A stretch of 31,249 nt of DNA, taken from IMG/VR virus record IMGVR_UViG_3300027197_000009, positions 1 to 31,249 of that record; one strand, given 5' to 3'. The stretch is from a virus. Its lineage: Duplodnaviria > Caudoviricetes. Position numbers and translations under genes: made by a program. Numbering within the stretch: position 1 is the first letter of the stretch; each line of letters begins with the position of its first letter. Shown piece after piece: positions 1 to 8,704 of this stretch. The notes below the pieces were generated by a model that had not been told where the DNA came from, made no database searches, and was given only the letters and a program-made list of their open reading frames with translations.

Positions 1-504
1 CTGCATATCATTTAAGATAGAAAATCCAAACATTCTATCTATGATTTGTTTTTTATCATGATTTGTCATTGTTAAAAATGACTTAAAATCATTCACTGAA
101 AGAATAATGATATTTTTAAATACATGGTATGGTATACCAAAGATTTCTTCCTCTAAATATTCTTGAACTGAGCGCTTACCTGCCTTATCAAATTCGATTC
201 CATTTAAGCGTACTTCAAATATATTAGGAGAAAGGCCTCGTTCAATTTCAACCTCTGTATTTTTACACTGAAGGTTAATCTTAACCCAGAGATCTTTATT
301 AATTCTATTGGGTAAATCGCTTAACTTAACACCTTCAACTTTACCATATAACGCATAGACAATTGCGTTTGCAATAGTAGTTTTACCATGACCATTTTTA
401 CCGAGTGTTAAAAACAATTCTGATTTATCGTCCTCAAACTCTAATCTTTGAATTGAATTTCCGTAACTTGCAAAGTTCTTAAATTCTATTGATTGAATTT
501 TCAT
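1..504 (-). CDS. gp46: gp46/SbcC/Rad50-like recombination endonuclease ATPase subunit (5' part only; runs off the window edge)
   Basis: Not in the ORF track. Manual translation from ATG at 504 gives MKIQSIEFKNFASYGN...LTLGKNGHGKTTIANAIVYALYGK, the SMC/SbcC N-terminus with a Walker A motif. The frame is open to position 1, and the start overlaps the gp47 stop (ATGA). Confidence 0.93.
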   Translation of the reverse strand, partial: MKIQSIEFKNFASYGNSIQRLEFEDDKSELFLTLGKNGHGKTTIANAIVYALYGKVEGVKLSDLPNRINKDLWVKINLQCKNTEVEIERGLSPNIFEVRLNGIEFDKAGKRSVQEYLEEEIFGIPYHVFKNIIILSVNDFKSFLTMTNHDKKQIIDRMFGFSILNDMQ

Positions 505-1616
505 TGATCGCTATCGTAATTATAAGCACAGAGATCGTGCAGTTTCTTTATTTTATCTTTAATCTGTGCTTTTGTTTCATCATCATGACCTAGACCATCA
601 ATATACATATTACATAGATGAAGAATATTATAGTTCTTATATAAATCTTCAATTTCATCCATGTCATACATATCTTTGTCGATGAATGTATCTTGCTCAT
701 AGATATTTGGTTCGATTTTACGACCAATTTCTTGAATCTTATTAATTAATTTCGATAGCGCGTTAGAAGCTGCAATATTTGAAGGAACATATAGATCTAC
801 GAAGTTATTACGAATTTCTTCTTTGAATTCACCTAGAGGTACATTATAAAGACCCGTGAGATATGTCTTAATAAACTTTGGAGATATATTATTTTCAAAG
901 AAAGTCTCTGACATGTCTTCTAAATTAACCAGATCAAACCCTTTAGCGTTGTTGGCATCTGATCTAGTCAATTGATATGGAGTACCAACCATTCTCAACT
1001 TTCCTTTCTTTTGTCTATAATGAATATGACCAGAATACACTGCATCATATCTGTCAAATGACTGGGAATCTGAGCCATGATCATTTGTTACTTTAGAGTT
1101 TAATTTGATACCTTTAACTTCAGAATGACAAAAGACAATATTGGCGGTTGGATATTCTGCAAGAGTTTCTGCTTCATGTGCAGCATCTCTTCTCCATGGC
1201 ATTAATAAAACCTTTTTTCCACCCCAATTAAATAATTCAGGATCTTTATAGATTGCAACATTTGGAATCCACTTAAGAGAATCGATTGAGGTTACATCAT
1301 TTGATTTTTTTGCCCAAATATCATGATTACCGCAAATGACATGGGTTGGTAGAATTTCACCTAATCTTTCAAAAAGATCAACTGCGTAATTAAGTACCTT
1401 TAGATTAATACTTTGGCGATTATCAAATGCATCACCTACTTGTACTAGAATATCACCTTCTCTTACATTTTTTTGAAGAGTTGGAATAAACAAGTTTTCA
1501 TAGAAATCTTTTTGGATATCTAACCATTCCATGGAGTTTGAACGTACTCCAAGGTGCATGTCTCCTAAGATCCAAATCCTTTTTACGGGTTTGTTTAAGA
1601 TTGTACTATCAATCAT
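501..1616 (-). CDS. gp47: gp47/SbcD/Mre11-like recombination nuclease subunit
   Basis: Calcineurin-like phosphoesterase motifs GDMHLG, GDAFD, GNHD and SGHIH; adjacent to gp46. Confidence 0.93.
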   Translation of the reverse strand: MIDSTILNKPVKRIWILGDMHLGVRSNSMEWLDIQKDFYENLFIPTLQKNVREGDILVQVGDAFDNRQSINLKVLNYAVDLFERLGEILPTHVICGNHDIWAKKSNDVTSIDSLKWIPNVAIYKDPELFNWGGKKVLLMPWRRDAAHEAETLAEYPTANIVFCHSEVKGIKLNSKVTNDHGSDSQSFDRYDAVYSGHIHYRQKKGKLRMVGTPYQLTRSDANNAKGFDLVNLEDMSETFFENNISPKFIKTYLTGLYNVPLGEFKEEIRNNFVDLYVPSNIAASNALSKLINKIQEIGRKIEPNIYEQDTFIDKDMYDMDEIEDLYKNYNILHLCNMYIDGLGHDDETKAQIKDKIKKLHDLCAYNYDSDQ

Positions 1617-1622
1617 AACTAA

Positions 1623-2066
1623 TTAGAATAATCTGTTGATGTTCTTTCTTTTCAGTATGTTTGTTCTTTCGTCAAGTTCTTCGATTAATTCTTCTTTAAA
1701 TTTATTTCCTAGTGATTGATAAAAACGCGTAGGATTGATGTTAAAGTAATCGCTAAGTTCTGAGAACACATCAACTAGTGAATGCTTTGTTTTCATTTCA
1801 TCAGAAACATATTCATATACCTCATTGATATCAAGTTTCTTTAGTTTAATAGTTTGTTGAAATTCATCGATTTCATTAAAAACTTTAAATCTCGATTTAA
1901 TAATTAGTTCATGAATTTGATCTGCGATCAAGCCCGCTTCAATTTTATCTTCTTCACTTCGAGAATCTAAATAAGACGGTGCAACTTCAAATGTTAAAGA
2001 TGGATCATATTCGAATTCTGTTTCTTCGAATGTATTATCGAAAATTTTATCTCTTTTAGTTCTCAT
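1623..2066 (-). CDS. Hypothetical protein, possibly a gp33-like late-transcription co-activator
   Basis: The C-terminal half (LVDVFSELSDYFNINPTRFYQSLGNKFKEELIEELDERTNILKRKNINRLF) follows the gp33 pattern by eye and ends in an xxLF tail. Confidence 0.45.
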   Translation of the reverse strand: MRTKRDKIFDNTFEETEFEYDPSLTFEVAPSYLDSRSEEDKIEAGLIADQIHELIIKSRFKVFNEIDEFQQTIKLKKLDINEVYEYVSDEMKTKHSLVDVFSELSDYFNINPTRFYQSLGNKFKEELIEELDERTNILKRKNINRLF

Positions 2067-3379
2067 TATAAACTGTGTATATTTGAGTTTGTCACTTCGT
2101 CTGTCTCAGTGAGTCTCATGTAATTATAGTTAATTTGTAGTTTGCACTTGGTGCCCTTTCCTTCTCCGTCACGAATCTTTAAGATCTTTAACCAATACTC
2201 ATAGCTGGCACGCATTAAGTCATCTTGAATGATACCTAACATCATATCTGCAGTATGTGAAAGACCAGCAGATTCTGCAACATCACCCATACCAATATCG
2301 CTCGAGTTATAATTATTACGGTTAATCTGCGTTGCTGTAACAATTAGCCAACCATTACGTACTCCCATTGCTCTTAGATCTTCTGCAATTTGCTTGATCT
2401 TAAGATACATATTTTCAGAATTTGGATTACGATAGTTTGCTAGAATATTAATGTAGTCAATTACGATTGCACCAAGTTTAATTCGCTTCTCTTCTTCAAT
2501 TTGTTTTAAGTGGGCTTCGATATCTGTCACAGTTGCCTGTGATGTTGGAAATTGCTTTACAAATAAAGATCCTGGTGGAGTAAAGCCATCTCCTACATTT
2601 TCAAGCTTACGCTTCATTAAATCTTTATTCTTAGCTTTTTCTTCATACTCATTCATTGAAATTGTAAGCAAGTTAGCGCCGATACGTTTCATAATCTTAT
2701 GAGCTGCCATTTCAGCAGTTACAAATGCAGTATTAACTCCCATCTTAACAAAATTAGCTGCGTCATTTGCAAGAAAAATAGACTTACCAATGTTTTGCTC
2801 GCCTACATAAACAACTAATGAACCATCTTTATCATAACCGCCGTCAAGAACTCGATCTAAGAATCCATATCCTGTGCTAACTTTAGCTCGTTTTTCATTA
2901 TAGTGATCTTCTGCGTTAAAGAAATCAAGACCAATATCTGAATTAAAGATAATTGAATTTCTATCATTGATTAATGCCTTTGCTTTAGAAATAATATCGT
3001 CTGCGGTATCTGGAGTAACTTCAGTTGTTTTAACATATTCAATGATGTCCATTAAAGATGAATCAAAGTTTCTCCACTTGATCCAAGATTCAGTAGTTTG
3101 TGTTAACCATTCTTCATCATATTCTCGAAGATCAACCGCATAGATCATGTCTACGATATCTTCATCAACTTTGCCTTTTATCTTTGGGTTTTGAATGAGA
3201 GCTTTCATCTGCTCAGCAGAAGGTGTCTCATGAAACTTTTGGTAAAACTTATTAGCTAAGAAGTGTAATGTGTCAATATCATCAAGGGTATAAAAGCCCT
3301 TCTTAATTGTCTCTAAGTATTTTGGTTTACCTAAAGATAACTTAAAGAATATTTTTTCAAACTCTGGTCCGAATTTCAT
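2066..3379 (-). CDS. gp41: gp41/DnaB-like replicative helicase
   Basis: Walker A GEQNIGKS, TAEM, Walker B IVIDYIN, TATQINR, ESAGLSHTAD and LKIRDG are SF4 helicase motifs. Confidence 0.92.
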   Translation of the reverse strand: MKFGPEFEKIFFKLSLGKPKYLETIKKGFYTLDDIDTLHFLANKFYQKFHETPSAEQMKALIQNPKIKGKVDEDIVDMIYAVDLREYDEEWLTQTTESWIKWRNFDSSLMDIIEYVKTTEVTPDTADDIISKAKALINDRNSIIFNSDIGLDFFNAEDHYNEKRAKVSTGYGFLDRVLDGGYDKDGSLVVYVGEQNIGKSIFLANDAANFVKMGVNTAFVTAEMAAHKIMKRIGANLLTISMNEYEEKAKNKDLMKRKLENVGDGFTPPGSLFVKQFPTSQATVTDIEAHLKQIEEEKRIKLGAIVIDYINILANYRNPNSENMYLKIKQIAEDLRAMGVRNGWLIVTATQINRNNYNSSDIGMGDVAESAGLSHTADMMLGIIQDDLMRASYEYWLKILKIRDGEGKGTKCKLQINYNYMRLTETDEVTNSNIHSL

Positions 3380-3399
3380 GTAGTTGTAGTATATACCCT

Positions 3400-3430
3400 A
3401 TTATAGAGCGTTTGTTGATATTGTTTCAAA
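3400..3430 (-). promoter_or_regulatory. Promoter-like TTGAAA-N18-TATAAT (copy 1) upstream of the helicase
   Basis: On the - strand TTGAAA lies at 3429-3424 and TATAAT at 3405-3400. The same motif and spacing recur at 7779-7809 and 18516-18546, all intergenic. Confidence 0.7.
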
Positions 3431-3435
3431 TGATA

Positions 3436-4011
3436 TTATTCTAGTGTAATGTGACCTGCACCAACTGACCATGGCTCTTCTGCCCAGACGTTAATTGCAA
3501 TTGCACCTCTAGTTCCCTTAGTAACCTCTTGAACTCCGTGAACAACTTCACCTGGATTAAAGATTACAAGTCTATTTGGACGGGTTTTAATTAACTCAGG
3601 TGTCTTTCCTTCGCCATCTGTATAAATTGCCAAATCGCCACCCTCAAATTCAAATCCGGGAGGATAGTATACACATCCTAGAACTGGAAACATTCTATTA
3701 CCCGTCTGTTGACGATATACTACGTCATCGTCTAAGTGTAATTCAAGATAGTTTCTACGACCTGTCATTTCAGCAGATTGAATACCTGTCCAATATTCAA
3801 ATCCATCTGCTGTAATATTTACATTCGATAAAGGAAATTTAGTACCCCAGATATATTGTGTCAATCTTTGCTTTACGTTTGAAGCTGGTTTAGCCCACCA
3901 ACCCTTCCAATAGGTATATTTACCAGTTGGATAAAAGAAATCATCGCCTTCAGCTGCGATATCGTTTAATAGTGTTTCATCTTGAATGAAATCATCAAAT
4001 ACTGCTATCAT
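3436..4011 (-). CDS. 2OG-Fe(II) oxygenase (prolyl-hydroxylase-like)
   Basis: HxD (HLDDD), FEGGDL, NRLVIF, distal His (VVHGV) and an RxAI 2OG-binding Arg. Confidence 0.85.
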   Translation of the reverse strand: MIAVFDDFIQDETLLNDIAAEGDDFFYPTGKYTYWKGWWAKPASNVKQRLTQYIWGTKFPLSNVNITADGFEYWTGIQSAEMTGRRNYLELHLDDDVVYRQQTGNRMFPVLGCVYYPPGFEFEGGDLAIYTDGEGKTPELIKTRPNRLVIFNPGEVVHGVQEVTKGTRGAIAINVWAEEPWSVGAGHITLE

Positions 4012-4319
4012 AAATATGGATTTATTTTTATTTTGTAGGTTTCTTTTCCGGGTTCATCTTTTGTTTGTTCAATTAAACCCAATTGTATTGCTCGTTTAAG
4101 ACCCTCTTCTGCATTCTCATGGTTACCCTTTGAAAAATATCGCATTAAAGCATGTTTGCTAAAGGTATCTTTTTGTCTATCAGGTCGCTTTACTGCTTCA
4201 TTGATAAAAATGTACAATATATCAAATGCATCTGGAAATGATTCTAATGATTCATGAATTCCTAAGATATACTTAATTGGAAGCTTATCCTCTGATATTT
4301 TATGTACATTAACTTTCAT
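4008..4319 (-). CDS. Hypothetical protein, possible winged-helix DNA-binding fold
   Basis: 103-aa ORF coupled to its neighbours; GLKRAIQLGLIEQ...ETYKIKINP resembles a wHTH recognition helix plus wing. Confidence 0.5.
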   Translation of the reverse strand: MKVNVHKISEDKLPIKYILGIHESLESFPDAFDILYIFINEAVKRPDRQKDTFSKHALMRYFSKGNHENAEEGLKRAIQLGLIEQTKDEPGKETYKIKINPYL

Positions 4320-5428
4320 TAAGCTTCTAGTGTTTCATTTAACATATCTTCAATATCTACTGCGTCGATTTCAGTATTATAGTTAAAGATTGGTTTAATG
4401 TGCTCATTAATTTGCTGTAGAACTTCTTCTGTGAAAACTTTACTTGTAAAGAATTCTTTATTTGTTACAGTTTCATCAAGGTGTTTACAAATCCAGGTGC
4501 GTGCAGTTGCTTTAGGAATTTTTTCACCTTTTTCAATAACTCCTTTAGCTACGCCACATACATCCCATGCAACATATTGTTCAAGACCAACGTAAGGATT
4601 CATACCTTCTGAAAAGTGTAAGTGAAATTTAATTGGATGTGGTTTTGCAAAACGATTCTTATCTGGTTTAGCATTAACTACAATACCAACCTTTTCTGCT
4701 CCGTCCTTTAGTTGCGCTTTATTTAACATAAGAACAATTGAGGCTGCGTATTGTGGACCTGTTCCACCACCTGCAATTTGACGAGAAATAAAGTCTTGTG
4801 TTTGGTATGTGTGATTGGTGAATAAGAAAGGAATTTTAAGGTCAGCTAGAGGAGTCATAATAATTCTAAAGATCGACTTAAGAACTTTAGATCGAGTCAT
4901 ATCTGCCTTATCTGAACCTGTTGCAGCATCTTCGATTTCCTTTGCTGTTGCTAAGTTACCAGCTGAATCGAGTACTATCATTACTTTGGGAACTTCTCCA
5001 CCTTTACGTTTAATATCCTGCATCTTTTGTGTGATAGTGGTAACAGATGTACGAAAATCTTGAACCGTGTTGATAGGTTGATAGTTTACCATAGAAGTAT
5101 CAATACCAAACTTTTCCATTTGCTCTTTATCTACTGCCGCTTCTGAATCATAATAGATTACATTGTAACCCATGTTGATTGCTTCGCGAACAGAGTTTAG
5201 CATCAAGAATGTTTTACCTGTTCCAGATGGACCTGCAATTGAACATGAACGGTTATTTGGCCAACCTCCAAAAAGAGACCCACTAACGCATGCGTTTAAG
5301 TGATAATTACCTGTGTTAATCCATTCGGTAACTTCACTGAAATTAGATTGGTTCATAACGGAACCTAGAGGATTTAAACTTGCTAATTCAGCATTTAAAT
5401 CTTCAAATGTAAATTTATTTTTCGCCAT
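4319..5428 (-). CDS. uvsX: UvsX/RecA-like recombinase
   Basis: GPSGTGKT Walker A, YYDSE, VLDSAGNL, DMTRSK, FTNHTY and GGGTGPQYAAS are typical of T4-like UvsX. Confidence 0.93.
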   Translation of the reverse strand: MAKNKFTFEDLNAELASLNPLGSVMNQSNFSEVTEWINTGNYHLNACVSGSLFGGWPNNRSCSIAGPSGTGKTFLMLNSVREAINMGYNVIYYDSEAAVDKEQMEKFGIDTSMVNYQPINTVQDFRTSVTTITQKMQDIKRKGGEVPKVMIVLDSAGNLATAKEIEDAATGSDKADMTRSKVLKSIFRIIMTPLADLKIPFLFTNHTYQTQDFISRQIAGGGTGPQYAASIVLMLNKAQLKDGAEKVGIVVNAKPDKNRFAKPHPIKFHLHFSEGMNPYVGLEQYVAWDVCGVAKGVIEKGEKIPKATARTWICKHLDETVTNKEFFTSKVFTEEVLQQINEHIKPIFNYNTEIDAVDIEDMLNETLEA

Positions 5429-5621
5429 TTGTATTTTCTTTATTTTCTTTTAGTCTCATTTTGTCTAAAGTTTCAATCAAATCTTCAGTTTCATCCTGTA
5501 TCTCTGCCATTTGTGACTTTAGAACACGTAAACGAGCATGAATCTTTGCATACTCTTTAATTTGTTGTAACTGTTCTTCAGTATACAACTTGTCGCTTTG
5601 TTTTGGATCAATTTTTGCCAT
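5415..5621 (-). CDS. Small coiled-coil hypothetical protein
   Basis: 68-aa ORF overlapping both neighbours, with a heptad-like helix. Confidence 0.7.
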   Translation of the reverse strand: MAKIDPKQSDKLYTEEQLQQIKEYAKIHARLRVLKSQMAEIQDETEDLIETLDKMRLKENKENTNGEK

Positions 5622-5781
5622 CTTCTTCTCTAATTACATCAAATATAGTTACTTGATTCTTATTTGGTTTTTCTTGGTCTTTTTCAAAAGACCAAACCAT
5701 TTTTCTAATTGCATCACCAAGTTCCAAATTATTTGGATACTTTTTTACCAATTCTCTAAGTGTTTCAATTGTTACTTTCAT
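5608..5781 (-). CDS. 57-aa hypothetical protein (below the ORF-track cutoff)
   Basis: Manual translation MKVTIETLRELVKKYPNNLELGDAIRKMVWSFEKDQEKPNKNQVTIFDVIREEDGKN*. It starts 2 nt after the polymerase stop and fills the gap exactly. Confidence 0.75.
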   Translation of the reverse strand: MKVTIETLRELVKKYPNNLELGDAIRKMVWSFEKDQEKPNKNQVTIFDVIREEDGKN

Positions 5782-5783
5782 AA

Positions 5784-6989
5784 TTAAAATAGTGAGGTTG
5801 AATAAATTAAATTTCTATTTAAAGTTTGTAGACCAACTGATGTTAACACTCGATTCAATGGGTCAATGACGCTTTTTTCAAATTGAATTTCATAATCAAT
5901 TTCTGGTGCAATTTCGTACGGGTGATCACCTGGCATATAAGCAAACATATCTGAAATAGCATGTTTACAATGATATAATTTTAACTTTTCACCATTACCA
6001 ATCATCTTATATTTGTTTTTATACTTTGAATTAGTATTCATAAGATAATTGTAGAAGCCTGCAGCCTTTACGTTAGGAGGACATTTAGATCCAATTTGAA
6101 ATTCAATTGTATCATCTACAATATACTTTTCGATATTATTAGTTCTCTTGTTAAATGAAATTTGATCAACATCTGCTAATTGAAATTCTTTCTTACATTT
6201 CTTCAAATAATCAACTAGTTTTTTAAGAAGATCACCTGTTGGTTTTTCTGAAAGTACAATTTTAAGAGCTTCAGTTAAGTGTTTACGTGCTAATGCAGGG
6301 GTTGAAGATTGGATTGTATCGAATCCAATTGTTTTGATCTTTTTTAAAGTCGGATATCTATCGTCAATTGATAGTTTATCTTCCCATGCAATATTTTGTA
6401 AATACTTTTTCTTAGCGAGCCAAATTCCAGAATATGCAATAGTTTCAAGTTCGAACATTAAGAAGTTATCCGTGTTTGTTGCTTCTGCATATCTTTGCAT
6501 ACACTTTACAATATAATCATTCAATCTGAAGTTGTACAACTCCATGATAAACTTGTCGATTGTCATGCTTTCTTCTAGCCATTCAATGGACTCGTACATC
6601 TCTTCAAATTGAACGTAACAAGAATCTGTGTCAATGTAAACCACGGATGGCTTATTAAGATGATTCTTAACTTTTATATTAAATTTCTGGTGTACTTCTG
6701 TATCTTTATGCCAAAATTCTTGAAAGTATTTGTTAAGAATTTTTTCAGAATAAAGAATAGCACTTTGGCCTTGCAGGGTAATTGACTCCGCAATATCGAT
6801 ATTGAAGAAGTGAAACCACTTATTACCGAATGCACCATAGATAGAGTTCAACGTAACTTTAACAGCTTGTTCATATGCTGTATATTTAGTTGACATCATT
6901 TCATAGTACTCGACTAATTCTTTGATCTCTTGTTTTGTAAGCTCGTTTTCAGGCTTACTAATAAGCTTTTCTATATTCTCCAATACCAT
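5784..6989 (-). CDS. Family B DNA polymerase, C-terminal subunit (second fingers helix, palm motifs B and C, thumb)
   Basis: KVTLNSIYGAFG (motif B), YIDTDS (motif C), AKKKY and GFDTIQSSTP. It lacks the exonuclease domain and motif A. Confidence 0.92.
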   Translation of the reverse strand: MVLENIEKLISKPENELTKQEIKELVEYYEMMSTKYTAYEQAVKVTLNSIYGAFGNKWFHFFNIDIAESITLQGQSAILYSEKILNKYFQEFWHKDTEVHQKFNIKVKNHLNKPSVVYIDTDSCYVQFEEMYESIEWLEESMTIDKFIMELYNFRLNDYIVKCMQRYAEATNTDNFLMFELETIAYSGIWLAKKKYLQNIAWEDKLSIDDRYPTLKKIKTIGFDTIQSSTPALARKHLTEALKIVLSEKPTGDLLKKLVDYLKKCKKEFQLADVDQISFNKRTNNIEKYIVDDTIEFQIGSKCPPNVKAAGFYNYLMNTNSKYKNKYKMIGNGEKLKLYHCKHAISDMFAYMPGDHPYEIAPEIDYEIQFEKSVIDPLNRVLTSVGLQTLNRNLIYSTSLF

Positions 6990-6995
6990 AGGTTA

Positions 6996-7748
6996 TTACG
7001 CTGATGCGCAGGTTGCGATTGTTAAAAGTGTTTCTGAGTCATTTGAACGAAGAACAACGCGGTTATCTAAAACGTTTGCTGTGTAATCTTCTTTATCCAA
7101 AAGATTCAAATACTTTTTAAACAATGTAACTTTACCTCCTGAAGTACCATCATAATCTGGTGTAACAAGCATATTATATGTGTTACCGGTCAGTTTAACT
7201 CCTTTGCCATTTGCTTCGATTGAGAATGTTTCTTCTTTATCCAAACCGAATAATGAACGTACTTTATTTAGTGTAGTGTAATCAATGTCAAACTTGTATG
7301 CTGCAGAGTCAACATTAAAGATAGCTTGAATCTGTGCGTCTGTCAAATCTTTGTAACCCAAAGAAGGTTCAGAGCATGCAAGGTTGATCTCGAGTTCATC
7401 GTTATAGATGCGGAAAGTAGTTGCAACACAATCATCTTCGTTTTCGATGAATTCAAATTCACCAGAGATTGAATCATATTCAAACTGCTTAAATGCATCA
7501 GTTAACTTCTGTGCATCGAAGAAAGCAATCTTCAATTCTTTTTCTGTTGTGATTTGACCTTCTTCGATTTGGAACATTTGAGCCAAAGGAATACGGTGGT
7601 GCTTAACTGCATCTCGTTGAGGCAAATAAGCTGAAGCTTGTACAACTCCATCTTTGATTTTGAAATAGATGAAAGAGTCAATGACTTTCAATCTATTCAC
7701 AAAGCTAATAAAGCTGTTTTGATCGACTTTGTTAATCTTAATTTTCAT
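6996..7748 (-). CDS. Putative DNA sliding clamp (gp45/PCNA-like)
   Basis: 250 aa with a two-fold repeated alpha/beta pattern typical of clamps, directly upstream of the polymerase C-terminal subunit. There is no diagnostic motif, so this is an inference. Confidence 0.55.
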   Translation of the reverse strand: MKIKINKVDQNSFISFVNRLKVIDSFIYFKIKDGVVQASAYLPQRDAVKHHRIPLAQMFQIEEGQITTEKELKIAFFDAQKLTDAFKQFEYDSISGEFEFIENEDDCVATTFRIYNDELEINLACSEPSLGYKDLTDAQIQAIFNVDSAAYKFDIDYTTLNKVRSLFGLDKEETFSIEANGKGVKLTGNTYNMLVTPDYDGTSGGKVTLFKKYLNLLDKEDYTANVLDNRVVLRSNDSETLLTIATCASA

Positions 7749-7778
7749 ACTGTTTTTGAATTTAATATACGTTTAGGT

Positions 7779-7809
7779 ATTATAACCATAAACCGCATAA
7801 AGTTTCAAA
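7779..7809 (-). promoter_or_regulatory. Promoter-like TTGAAA-N18-TATAAT (copy 2) upstream of clamp/polymerase/uvsX
   Basis: TTGAAA at 7808-7803 and TATAAT at 7784-7779 on the - strand, with an 18-nt spacer. Confidence 0.7.
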
Positions 7810-7815
7810 AAAGTA

Positions 7816-7962
7816 TTACTCTTCAGATTCTTCAGTTTCTAAAGATTCATCAATGCCTAATCCGATTTGATTAGCTTGATAATGAGCCATGTATTGCTCT
7901 CTTGTCATTCCTAATTGGTCAGCTTGCCAACCTACAAAATCATATACGTGTTTCTGTTCCAT
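7816..7962 (-). CDS. 48-aa acidic hypothetical protein (below the ORF-track cutoff)
   Basis: Manual translation MEQKHVYDFVGWQADQLGMTREQYMAHYQANQIGLGIDESLETEESEE*, preceded by late-promoter-like motifs. Confidence 0.65.
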   Translation of the reverse strand: MEQKHVYDFVGWQADQLGMTREQYMAHYQANQIGLGIDESLETEESEE

Positions 7963-7974
7963 TATAGAGTTATG

Positions 7975-7994
7975 TATTTATAATCTATATATCT
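7975..7994 (-). promoter_or_regulatory. Late-promoter-like motifs AGATATATA (7994-7986) and TATAAATA (7982-7975)
   Basis: TATAAATA is the T4 late promoter consensus. AGATATATA recurs at gene junctions at 11686-11694 and 22911-22919. Confidence 0.5.
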
Positions 7995-8635
7995 TATTTA
8001 TTATATTTGATGGTCCATGTATTGACATCACTATCTACGATTCGATTCATTTCGATTTGACCTGACGAAGTTGACATTTCAGTATTAATTCCACCTTTAA
8101 TATAAATAGATTGAATAGGTTCAATTGTTTTATTAATCCAATCATCACCAAACCAAATTAAAAGATCTTCTGGAATTGATACCCATTTGCTCTTCTTAAT
8201 AAAAAGTAAACATCCCCATCCTTTAGTGATATAATGTTTATTTTCAAGTAAAAAATCTTCAAGTTCTCTAACTCCTATTCCAAATATATCATTGTTGAAG
8301 CAATATGTATTGCAACCTATTGCCCCATAACCCTCTAATTGATTTATGAAATGAAGATTTGAATTTATGTCAAATTCTATATCATCATTTGATATTATAA
8401 CATTTTCGTATTTTGCTAATGTGACACCCAGATTCCATGCCCTATTAACATATATGTTATTTTCTTGTTTTATATGGACTAATTTAGATTTATGATTAAA
8501 ATCAAACGATGGTGCATCATTCTTTGCGTTATCTATTAATATAACTTCAGATACAAGATCACAATCTAAATAACTTTGAATTAAGTTAACTGTGTATTTG
8601 CTTTTCCATAAGGTTGGAATAACTACTGAAAACAT
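7994..8635 (-). CDS. Glycosyltransferase family 2 (GT-A fold)
   Basis: FSVVIPT, EVILIDN, AWNLGV, NDDI (DxD-like) and FGDDW motifs. Confidence 0.88.
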   Translation of the reverse strand: MFSVVIPTLWKSKYTVNLIQSYLDCDLVSEVILIDNAKNDAPSFDFNHKSKLVHIKQENNIYVNRAWNLGVTLAKYENVIISNDDIEFDINSNLHFINQLEGYGAIGCNTYCFNNDIFGIGVRELEDFLLENKHYITKGWGCLLFIKKSKWVSIPEDLLIWFGDDWINKTIEPIQSIYIKGGINTEMSTSSGQIEMNRIVDSDVNTWTIKYNK

Positions 8636-8646
8636 AAACCTATTTT

Positions 8647-8654
8647 TATTTATA
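8647..8654 (-). promoter_or_regulatory. T4-type late promoter motif TATAAATA just upstream of the GT2 gene
   Basis: Exact TATAAATA on the - strand ending about 12 nt before the ATG. The AT-rich context lowers its significance. Confidence 0.4.
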
Positions 8655-8665
8655 TTTATTTCTTT

Positions 8666-8704
8666 AAAAAAAGTGAGGCCAGGAAGTAGCGAACTCCTGG
8701 CCTC
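8666..8704 (-). terminator. Intrinsic terminator after nrdA
   Basis: Perfect 10-bp GC-rich stem GAGGCCAGGA (8675-8684)/TCCTGGCCTC (8695-8704), a 10-nt loop, then AC and a U7 tract on the - strand. Confidence 0.85.
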
